Source: Hydrolagus affinis (Eukaryota). From it: DNA of 64,000 nt. The stretch's first letter is position 1, and each line of letters begins with the position of its first letter. The notes under the pieces are model-generated. The model saw nothing but the letters and a program-made list of their open reading frames with translations. It had not been told where the DNA came from and made no database searches. Below, piece by piece: positions 12,684 through 22,263 of this stretch. The position numbers were made by a program, and so were the translations under genes. Location of the stretch: assembly GCA_012026655.1 (NCBI GenBank), contig JAAILG010000017.1, positions 124,001-188,000 of the forward strand, given 5' to 3'.

Positions 12684-13789
12684 TTCCCTAGCAATGGTTA
12701 TTTCTAGATTTATTGAATAGGTTTAATGTGTTGCTAGAGCTCTCTCACTTCTCGAAGCAGCTTTTTGGCAACTTATAACGTTTTTGTTACGGGCGCATCA
12801 ACAGTGTAAGATTGACAACCTGGAGGCATTTTGCATAAATCTAGATTCTCTGTGATTGTTCTGGGTCCATCAAAGAGTTAAATTAGAAATCAAAAGCAAA
12901 ATACAATCTGTGAAAAATGAAGTTGTGAAAAGATTTTTGGATGGTTTCCCCGCTAACAGAAACAATCTGGAACTTTATAGCTTTTAAAGTTTAATTAATG
13001 TGGGCAACCACTTCTGGCAATTTTTCACTGCCTGTTGTCTTAGTATGGGGCTGGGATGGCAGTGGGTCTCTGGTTTATAGTTTACCTTTGAAGAAGTTTG
13101 GCTTCTTGTATTTTTATGAAGTTTTTTTTTCAAAAAACAAAGTGATGTAGAACTCTGATCTTCTGCATAAATGGAAAGGTGCAAATCAGCCGTGTTAAAA
13201 ATTGGCACAGTTTTCTGGTATTCCCTATTCCGCAGCAAGTAATGAAATCTTTATGTAATTAATTTTATGATTCCCACTGATCGTCTTTATGTAGCTGCTT
13301 TGATTAAAGCTCTAAGAAATACCAATATTTTATTAGTATTAGAAACAGATTTTTTTTAATTCTCAATAACAAAGACAAACTCTTTGGGCAATATATGCCT
13401 CATTTTTAAAAAAACAAACAAAACAAAAACCCTCTGTTGAATATAATGTTCAGTTTTTTTGTATTATGAAATTAAAACTACTATAATTTTTAACTGAATA
13501 TTGGATGTCTGTAGACTATTAGTTGGGCCTGTCTTCAATGTAAGTGGAGAAATCTATTTTATTCTCCTAATACATGACTGTTGTTCTTCTAAAAATAATA
13601 TCTGACAGGTTATCTTCTTGATACTATAAAACGAAATTTCTTTAACGTTCACTGTCTCAATTATTCTATAACTGCTGCTGGGCATTTTATTATGTTACAA
13701 TATTAATGAGGGCTTTTGTTTGTCTAAATTTTTCTAATTTCCTCCCCTTCTTAAGCTGTTGTTTCATACTGAGATATGGCTCCACTGAA

Positions 13790-14075
13790 TGCCTCAAGCC
13801 ATCTGGTGACTGGCTCAAGAAACCTAGACAATGAATATCAGCAGGCTATTCAACCAAGGGTACACAACAGCCAAGTCAAACTGCACCCTGTGTCTATATA
13901 ACTAATAGTGATCAAAAGCAGGAACCCCAATTAATTTTCCTCCTTCCTAACACAGAGTACTGAGACTAATTGCATGTTCATACTAAGCTAACTCAGCACA
14001 GACCAGGGATTGAACCTGGAGCCTTTGTGATGCATTTCAGTACCATTGGTTTCACTCACTAAGTCATCTGGGATG
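13790..14075 (-). mobile_element. Old tRNA-headed SINE, second family
   Basis: Reverse strand has B-box GGTTCAATCC followed by ctggtctgtgctgagttagc. Shares cctagacaatga (13823) with the copy at 39713. Confidence 0.65.
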
Positions 14076-14160
14076 CTACCTTCCTCCAAAATAGGACTTT
14101 CGAATGAAGTTGGTAGCTTAATAGTAGGGCTCCCTGACTGAATCCGCATAAAACACTCGT

Positions 14161-14368
14161 GGGGGAAAAATCCCACTTGAATCTAGATTTACGCCATATA
14201 GCATTTCAGAGCATATCAGAATTTATCATTTGAAATTTGAACTGATCGCTGAAGAGCAATTTTCTGCAGTTTCTTTAAAGAATTTGCAGTAAACCAGCTT
14301 GAAAATTAAGGCTGTATTTAAGTCTGGATGCTCTAAGATGCTATATAGAGTAATGTAGACTTTCTCCC
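14161..14368. mobile_element. About 200 bp palindromic (MITE-like) element, copy 1
   Basis: Arms tatagcatttcagagcatatcagaattta and taagtctggatgctctaagatgctata are imperfect reverse complements; centre ctgcagtttctttaaagaatttgcag. Confidence 0.65.
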
Positions 14369-15224
14369 AATCATTTTGTAAAAGATCTGGACAGGTATAT
14401 CTTTGAAGTCTCGATTCTGCAGTGAAATTGAGAAGTTATTGAGCAAACTATTACATAACATAGCTTTGGAAATGTTTACTGTGGCCAGTGCTGCATAAGC
14501 AGTCATCAGAAACAATGTTTCTGTTAACTGGAAAATGTAGTAAATACTGCATACAAATTCACTTTTTTTTTAAAAATCAATAAGGCTCACTTTGAAGGTT
14601 AGTGAAGTTAGCATATCATTTGGAAATTTAAATATTGCATCCAGAACGTGGAAGAAAGTAAGTGCCACAGAATATTTTGTCTCGAAAGTTGAATTTGCTT
14701 TATGAAACTAAGTTCGAATAGAGTTAGAGGCAGTTGCTGATTGGGGATTTTGAGGCTGGGAATGAGATGACCCGATTAGGAGTTGCTGAAGCTTCTTTGG
14801 TTGTTAATGTGATATTACTTTCTCAGTCTTGAAATCTGTGTTCAAGATGTTCCCTCCATATGTGCCCTGTTAGAATTTTACCCATTCCTGCCCTTGTTTT
14901 GCTTGTAACTTTAATTTAATTTTATTTTGTGGTCTTCAAAGTCTGAAACTAGCATGGTTTCATCCTCTGGCTACTGTATTACACAGTTGAATATATTCAA
15001 CATCCAGAAACATAATGGCTCCGAACTAAGTCCCCAGGAGAGCATTTAGGAGTGGGGGAGGAGGTGGTACATGTGTGTAAAGGGGGATTCTTTTCATCTC
15101 AAACTTAAGAAAAAATGAATATTTTTCGACCAAGTTAAACTTTTGCCAATATCGCATAAGAATTTAAAATTTAAAACTAGAACAGAAAGATAGTCAGACA
15201 GGTGATCGTAATAATTCAGCCAAT

Positions 15225-15531
15225 GTGACGTCTCAAAGCATTTCCCGGAATATAATGTAAAGTGAATTGACTATATATTTTGTGGGCATCCAATCGTGCA
15301 CAGCAATGTCCCACAAACAGTCGTGGATTGAAGTTATTAATTTTTTGAATGAATTATTACCCCAGAAAAGCAATCCGTCTAATTGACTAACAACCAGGTT
15401 CCCACTTACTTGCTAGGTAAACAGAGGCGTGTGGCATAAGGAATCTTGCACAACATTTTGCCCTGCCTCGAATTGAACCCAAATCTCTAGCTTGCGAGGC
15501 GAGTGCTCTGACACCGACCTACAGTACTCCA
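15225..15531 (-). mobile_element. tRNA-Ala-headed SINE, long variant with extra central segment
   Basis: Reverse strand: tggagtactgtaggtcggtgtcagagcactcgcctcgcaagctagagatttgggttcaattcg, then gcctctgtttacctagcaagtaagtgggaacc, then a Deu-like tgtttgtgggacattgctgtgc segment and tail. Confidence 0.85.
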
Positions 15532-15695
15532 CAATGCCTATAGAACTAACATAAGGCAGCTAGAGACAAAGTTGAGTGTAAGTTACAAATACCCACTTTC
15601 AACAAGTGACTTGCAAATCAGTAAGTGGATGAAAACTAAAAGTCTGGCAACCAATATTTCATATTAAATGGCAGTTTACATATCCATAATCTTTT

Positions 15696-15914
15696 GGGTA
15701 GAATTTCCAACTGGATCTTGATTTGCTCGAATAATGTAGCATTTTAGAGTGCCCAGAATTTGTCAAATTCTTCAATGCAGTCTTTAATTTTGAAGCCCCA
15801 GTTTTCTGCCAGTTTTTTTTAAGAACTACAGAAAACTGGCTTCAAAGTTTCAAAACTGAATTCTTTTTAAATTGCCAAATTCTGGACACTATGAAATGTT
15901 ATAGTAAATCTCGA
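15696..15914. mobile_element. About 200 bp palindromic (MITE-like) element, copy 2
   Basis: tagcattttagagtgcccagaatttgtcaa pairs with ttgccaaattctggacactatgaaatgtta, and tttgaagccccagttttctg pairs with cagaaaactggcttcaaa. Homologous to 14161-14368. Confidence 0.75.
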
Positions 15915-17137
15915 CTGAGGGCTTGATGTCTTAGAGCTTTTACATGATAGACGAGTGAAGCATCAAAATCACGTCACTTTAGTTGACTTCAGGAATGCTT
16001 TAAATTAAGTGCTGGACAACACACATTGAGATTTTAGTATGGATTCCTGGTGGAAAAAAATGTCAGTTTTGAGACCCATCCAGCAAATCAATAGGGAATC
16101 TAACTATTGTACTCCAATGTATTTTTGGAAGGAGCGATGTATGTAGTAGGCACTGAAAATTAACCTTATAGGGTGCCTCATCAGCACTTGTGAATTGCAG
16201 GCCCATCAGACCTCCAACTCAGTGACTCAATCTGAAGGGAATCCCTAGGTTACTGCTGGCTTTCAATTTAGTGGAGCCTTTGTTATGGTTGGATCAGAGC
16301 CAGCGTCTTCTAAAAATGGTAGGCTGCATGGTTTAACTCAGAACTGGGGATATGCTTAAAAGTACAGAGTTCTAACCTGTTAGAACTTGCAGTGTCGGCT
16401 ACTGCAACTATCTAATCACTCAGTGATAAACAAGGGCATTTCAGCTGGCAATCTATTCAGAGTCTGAAACTGGATATATATTTCCTGCTCTGTCTGCGTG
16501 GATCTTGCATTGGGTTGAGGAGTGTTGTGCCACAAAGTATCATTGATTATCGCTAATCCAGCTTTTTTTTAATGTTATTAACCAGTGTAGAATAAGAGCA
16601 ACTCATTAGAAACATTAAGAATTTTAAAGGCCATCCAACGGATCCTTTCTAAACTTGTAAACTTTTAAACATTGCATTTTTTAACTCTTGGATGTCTCTT
16701 TGGAATCAGCTGCAGTAAAAAATGAGACTGCATTGATTTGATTCTGATATCACCTCTGGCAAATAGTTTCAGGAGTAGGGACCCTAAAATTTGAGTTTTA
16801 TTACCATTGTGACATTGATTTGATGCAGAAAGCACATTAAATCGCTGCTAACACTCAAGTTTCAAAGGCCCACTCTCTGTGGAAGAACTTTAAACCGCCT
16901 TGATCTTCCAGTTTTTCTCATAGTGGAAAACAATTGTTGCTGTTTGATGCTTCTCACGTTAATCGTTAAGTTGATAATTTCAGTAATGCATATTTTTGAA
17001 TGAAAGTGGTGTGTGCAATATCTGTTCACACCGAATAGAACCATTCATAAATAATTTAGCCAACGAGGAAACGAAACAGTAAACCGGATGATATTTGTAC
17101 TTAACCTCTTTAGGCTAAGTGATGAACCATAGGTGTC

Positions 17138-17475
17138 TGTGTGGCTTAGTCTGTAGCACTTTTGGCTTTGAGTCAGAAGATTGTTGGTTCAAGTCTCAAG
17201 TTGGGACTTTCAGCCCTTCGTCGAATCTGAAACTTCAATACAAGTGGTGGGGAAATGCTGTATCGTCAGAGGTGCTTTCTTTTGGTTGAGACATTAAACA
17301 AATTCCCTGTCTGCCAGTTCTGGTGGACCTTAAAGATCCCGTGGCACTATTTTGCAAGAGGAGGAAGTTTCAGCCAGTGTTATTCTAACCAACAGGATAA
17401 CAGATGACAATTTATCATTTTCTTCATTGCTGCTTGTGGGGTATTTCTGAGTGCAAATTGGGGTTCTTTTACAAA
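17138..17475 (+). mobile_element. Near full-length Deu-domain SINE (SacSINE1-like)
   Basis: tRNA-like head gtggcttagtctgtagcac...gagtcagaagattgttggttcaagtc, then Deu core gtcagaggtgct...tgagacattaaac...ggtggaccttaaagatcccgtggcactattt. Confidence 0.8.
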
Positions 17476-17679
17476 ATACAAACTTTACAGCTGTTTTGAT
17501 AATGTGATAAAGTACGATACCAAATGCAAGAACTATTATTAAATCCAAGTTAATTATTATTAATAATTCTGTTCGCATCTATTAAGGTTAGTTAATCAGA
17601 TACACCCACTATATTAATATACATTATTTAAATCAAAAAACAGAGTATTTGGAAAAATTAACTATTAACTACCATAACT

Positions 17680-17832
17680 ACTACCTTACACTCCCATCGG
17701 TCACTCCAAATACTCCACCTTTCCCTACACCCTCCCTGTCCCCAGCTTACGTCTGAAACAAAGAATGTCCAGCGCCTTGGGACGTCCTCCTGACGTGAAA
17801 GGCGCTATACAAGTATAATTTTGTTATTATTT
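17680..17832 (+). mobile_element. L2 3' tail, best-preserved stem-loop copy
   Basis: AGCGCCTTgggACGTCctcctGACGTgaAAGGCGCTatacaagtataattttgtt. Confidence 0.8.
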
Positions 17833-17875
17833 GTTAAGTAGTATATTATTGTAGTATAGATCTCAGAGAACCATA

Positions 17876-17995
17876 AAATAATAATAATAATCCTTGCATT
17901 TGATTTCAGGAATTATCACGTTTTCGAGATGTCTCAAAGTGCTTCACAGAATATACTTTAAAGAGAATTGATTGAATATTTTGTGGGCGAAATGT
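17876..17995 (-). mobile_element. SINE 3' fragment
   Basis: (aat)n ccttgcatttgat...atgtctcaaagtgcttcacagaatatac...tttgtgggcgaaa. Confidence 0.8.
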
Positions 17996-18368
17996 AATAT
18001 GCAGACTTATCTTAACAAAATTAGATTTATTTCACAGGACTACGGTGAGACTGATTGTATCTCTCAGAATACAAAGCAATTCCAATGTAATACTCATTGA
18101 GTGGGAACCTCTACAATTGAAAATATTCAAATATGAAATGTTTCCAGAACTACCAAATTGAAGCTATTATTAATTTCTTAAAATATGAAGCATGTGGTGA
18201 ACAAGTGGTAATGAGTCATTGTGTGGGACTTTTTGTGTTGGGAGATTGAAACACAGTATCGCTTTCTTGCTTCAAAGCAATGTAACGGTACCTGTCAGTG
18301 GATTAGCACTGAAACTTCAAAGCATCTGAAATCTCTGTTTCAGGTACAGTAATAAAAAAGGTATTTTG

Positions 18369-18415
18369 TGAAATCAAATAACAGTTACTGGAATTGTAAC
18401 TGTTATTTGATTTCA
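18369..18415. repeat. Perfect inverted repeat (20 bp stem, 7 nt loop)
   Basis: tgaaatcaaataacagttac-tggaatt-gtaactgttatttgatttca. Confidence 0.95.
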
Positions 18416-18424
18416 GTTGCATCT

Positions 18425-18570
18425 TTGGTCATTCAATCCACACTTTGCAATTGGCTCTCATGTTTTGCCCTAAAAATACACAGACAATCTATTTTACAAT
18501 GTATTCTGTGAAATGCTTTAAGATGTTTCACCTGATAAGGCCTGATATCAAATGCATGTATTTATTGTTG
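18425..18570 (+). mobile_element. SINE 3' fragment
   Basis: tcaatcca...gcaattggct...tattctgtgaaatgctttaagatg...tatcaaatgca. Confidence 0.7.
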
Positions 18571-19313
18571 TCAGCCATAATGATAGTGGACAAAGTTCAA
18601 ATTCACTGGTGTTTGGAATGAAAGAGTCTGTGATTAAAAGATTTGTCAATTGTACTAACTTATAGTACGTTGGTCGCTATCGCCAAATGGCTTTGTGCAC
18701 GTATATTTGTGTTAATTTTTTAAAAATGCTTGCATATGGCACCGTCACAGTAACTACTTCCATACGTTTGTTGGCTAGACTTGAGATGGGTTGAATCTTC
18801 AAGCAGTCCAGACAGCTGTGTTAATTACCACTCTGCTGGCACAGACTCTCTCTCTCTCTACCAGTGATGTAAATTAGACCATCAAGTTAGTGGTGTGAGA
18901 ACAAGAATGTAAAAGATAAAAGGAGATTTGTTTTTAAAAGGTAACATTTTTGACACCTTCTAATTTCATTAATTTAATGTGAAATAGTTCCTTTACACAC
19001 CAGGTGCTTTCTGCAGCCATTACTCTCTGGCACACCTTCTGATATTTGAGTGGTGCGGGCCATGTTAAGATGAAATTTTACTGGCTAGTTTTTACTCTGA
19101 GTTGTGTTGGATGAGAAACAGAACTGTTTATTGGCACCATGTAAAATTCCTCCAGACTTTGCACCATTGCTGCAAAATCCTGCCCAGTCTCTCTTCATAG
19201 TCTGTCCACAGCCAACCCTGTACATTTTGAAAATGAAATCCAACAGCAATAAACTTCTCCATTTGATTCCTGGTGTTTATCAGGTCTTAATTGTGCTCAA
19301 ACGTCTCTTTCAG

Positions 19314-19369
19314 ATGGACAACAGATGTGGGAGGTAGAAGCAACAGTGGATAAAGATAAAAGCCAGCCT
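19314..19369 (+). CDS. NFATC2: NFATC2 small coding exon (IPT; equivalent to human exon 7)
   Basis: ctttcAG at 19312-19313, donor GTaagt at 19370. Translates (D)GQQMWEVEATVDKDKSQP, nearly identical to the NFATC2 segment DGQQIWEMEATVDKDKSQP. 56 nt. Confidence 0.96.
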
Positions 19370-20326
19370 GTAAGTATTCAGTTCAAAAGAGCTCCAGTCT
19401 TATCTTTCAGACCTGCATTGAACAGGTGATTAGAGCTTAATAAGGAGAGGGCTTTCCATAATTATTTTTAAATATTAAATATTGTCTGGTTACGTTACAA
19501 CAAATATCACTTTATTAGGGTCTTCGAAGTTCTACAAATCTAAGAGAGACTGATGAAAACTTGGCAGATATTACATACTAATTCTTCTGTTCAACTACAC
19601 ATAACATATATTAAAGTGCTAATCGGGAATAGAAGAGTAATATCTAGCTAAGAAAAGTATATAGAGATGTAAATCGTACTTTATACATCAGAAGTATAGA
19701 AGCCTGGACACATTATAAATGGACTTTTCTTTCTTGTTACTCTAAGAGGTTATATGTTGCGATCAGTTATATATAGGCAGATTGGTGACACTATTAATCG
19801 CCATGTAAACCAAAGGTATATCGTGCACCATGTGGACAGAGGGAATTCTATTTGTCTTTATTTGTGCAATAACCAGTGAAAACCATTACAGGTGTTGTGT
19901 AACTCTTTATTTGGTTGTTAATTACAAAATTAAAGGCACCTATGATCCTTCCAACATAAAATGCAAATTAGACAATTACAATGGATCTTATACCAGCAAG
20001 TTGAATGAGGACTATAGGAAATTGAGCTTTGACAATGAGTGTTGGCAGAAAATTTAATGACAGTGTTTCCAACGATTACGCCTCAAACGTAGCAGTACCC
20101 ACGACAGAAACATCTCAACTGAACCACTTTTGAACTTTCCATTGTGAATGCTCCCAACAAAATTTTGTCCTGTATTGAAGCAATGCACCATTCATGTCAT
20201 CTCAACATGAAGTGGACTTTATTCTTCTTCATCATTTTGAAGAATTTTGAAAAGAATGATGAAACATATTGACAGAGAACTACGTTCATTTTGTTTCATC
20301 CCTGGCCTATTTTTGTGTCTCTTTAG

Positions 20327-20456
20327 AATATTCTTTTTGTTGAAATTCCACGTTATCAGAACCAGCTGATCCGCACCCCAGCCAAAGTGAGTTTCTGTGT
20401 CGTTAATGGAAAAAGAAAAAAAAGCCAACCACAGCGGTTTACATACCTTCCAGCAG
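20327..20456 (+). CDS. NFATC2: NFATC2 coding exon (IPT end with basic NLS KRKK; equivalent to human exon 8)
   Basis: ctttAG at 20325-20326, donor GTaaat at 20457. Translates NILFVEIPRYQNQLIRTPAKVSFCVVNGKRKKSQPQRFTYLPA. 130 nt, phase 0 to 1. Confidence 0.95.
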
Positions 20457-20974
20457 GTAAATTCCATGATGAGATCTCAGTGTATGCGCATTCCTGGTGA
20501 AACATGTGTTAAAGTGCTAAAATATGATCAGCAAATATCTTTACCAGAGAAAGAAATTTTTGAATAGCAATGGAATTCTATTCAGCTGTTCATATAGACT
20601 TCACTTAATTTCATTGTGCAGTATTCTTAACATAGAAGGACACTTTAAAAAAAAACTGAATCTCTTGTGAAGCCGCTTTCTTCTTCCTGTAGAAGTGTTT
20701 TGCTGCCATAATGGACTAGAAAGAATTAGAACTCGTATTTTTTTAAAGGCTTATTACATCAAAATGCCTTCAAAGAGCTTTACAAGTTACGGTTGAGAAC
20801 CATGGCATTGCTTTGGTAGGCAAACTTTGCAGCCGTTTGCACCGGCAAAGATTCATAAACTGCTGTATGAGGCGAAAGCCAAATTAATCTGAATGACTGC
20901 TTGAGAATACAAAAATAAACTCTTCCCTTTTTGTGTAACTTTGTGGAATCCTTAACGTCCACCTGAAACAGGTA

Positions 20975-21236
20975 ACTGGGGATTCCAAAACAAGGGAACA
21001 TAGTCCTAAAATTAGAACCAGGACATTTAAGAGTGAAATCAGGAAGCATTTTTTCACTCAAAGGTAGAAATCTGGAACTCTCTCCCCCAAAAGGTTGTGG
21101 ATGCTGGATCTATCCACACCTTCAAGAGTGCGGTTGATACATTTTTGGTAGGTCAGGGTATTAAGGGATACGGGGAAAAAGCGGGACATTGGAATTGAAA
21201 GGTTTAGTGGAGGTACAGATCAGCCGTGATCTAATT
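20975..21236 (+). mobile_element. CR1-clade LINE ORF2 extreme C-terminal relic inside the 976 nt intron
   Basis: Peptides GDSKTREHSPKIRTRTFKSEIRKHFFTQR and EIWNSLPQKVVDAGSIHTFKSAVDTFLVGQGIKGYGEKAG match the CR1 motifs FFTQRVV..WNSLP and GIKGYG. Confidence 0.85.
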
Positions 21237-21432
21237 ACAAAGCTCTCTAGGCAATACCCTGTGTGAAGGGCGCTATGTAAATGCAACCATAGACAATGGT
21301 TGAATGAGGAGTGTGGGCTCCCGAAGTCCCCAGTGTTGTAAAGCTTGTATTGTGACATCTGATGTGTTGGAAATGGTAAAGGCCTTGATTTAGACCGAGA
21401 CTCCATAAAGCTTGTTCTCTCGTATGTTTCAG

Positions 21433-22263
21433 TGCCCATCATTAAAACAGAGCCGTCTGATGAGTGCGACGCCACCTTAATCCACAGTGTACGTAGAGAA
21501 GCAATACCACAGTTTTATTATGCATCACAGGGCATGAACCCTATAATGATCGGCGACCCAAATTCAAGCTATGGGGCTCCCTGTCGTCCTGGAGTCTCTC
21601 CACCCGATTCCAGATACCAGCAGCATAATCCACCATATCCAAGGTGCAAAGGCAGCAGCCCCAATCAACTAAGCTACCAATCATCTCCAGTCATGGTATC
21701 TACGATTCCCACAAATCAAGATGGTCACAGGTCAGTCCTAGTGCATCCGGGGTCACCTGGGCAACCAGCCATGCTGCACCACTCGCCAGTCAATCAGTCC
21801 TCCATTATGATTCACCATTCTTCAAACAATCCACAATCTTCTTCCATGCTTCACAATTCCCCAAACCATCACCAGTCATCTATGATCCAGCACCCCCCAA
21901 ACAGCCAGCAGCTGTTGCCACTGATTCACCATTCGCCAAATAGCCAACAGCTCAGGTACTGCGGCCACCAGGATTACCAGCACCAAGTGTATTTAGAGAA
22001 TGATGTCCACGTGCCCACAGTGCAGGCCGCGACACCACAAGCAGTGCATCACATGCAGCGGAGTAGCCCGACTCACTATCCAGCTGTGATCCAGCAACAG
22101 CACGCGTCCCACGGCGTGCCGAAGACATCCAAAAATGGGCCCTCACCGAGCCAGCTAGCGTCACTGACGCTGGCTCAACAGGAGTCGGAAAAGGAAGCCA
22201 TATCTGCTGAGGTCACCGTGAAGCAGGAACCTCAGAACCTGGACCAGGCGTATCTGGATGATG
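21433..22263 (+). CDS. NFATC2: NFATC2 large exon encoding the C-terminal transactivation region (TAD2; equivalent to human exon 9)
   Basis: tttcAG at 21431-21432, donor GTaaga at 22264. 831 nt open frame from (V)PIIKTEPSDE to VTVKQEPQNLDQAYLDD, with both SUMO consensus sites (IKTE, VKQE); Q/P/S/H-rich. Confidence 0.95.

Noticed and set aside
16222-16246. AP-1 (TGACTCA) plus kB-like GGGAATCCC pair and other isolated TGA(G/C)TCA sites
   Set aside because: The number of such short motifs is compatible with chance in 64 kb, and I found no convincing NFAT:AP-1 composite spacing.
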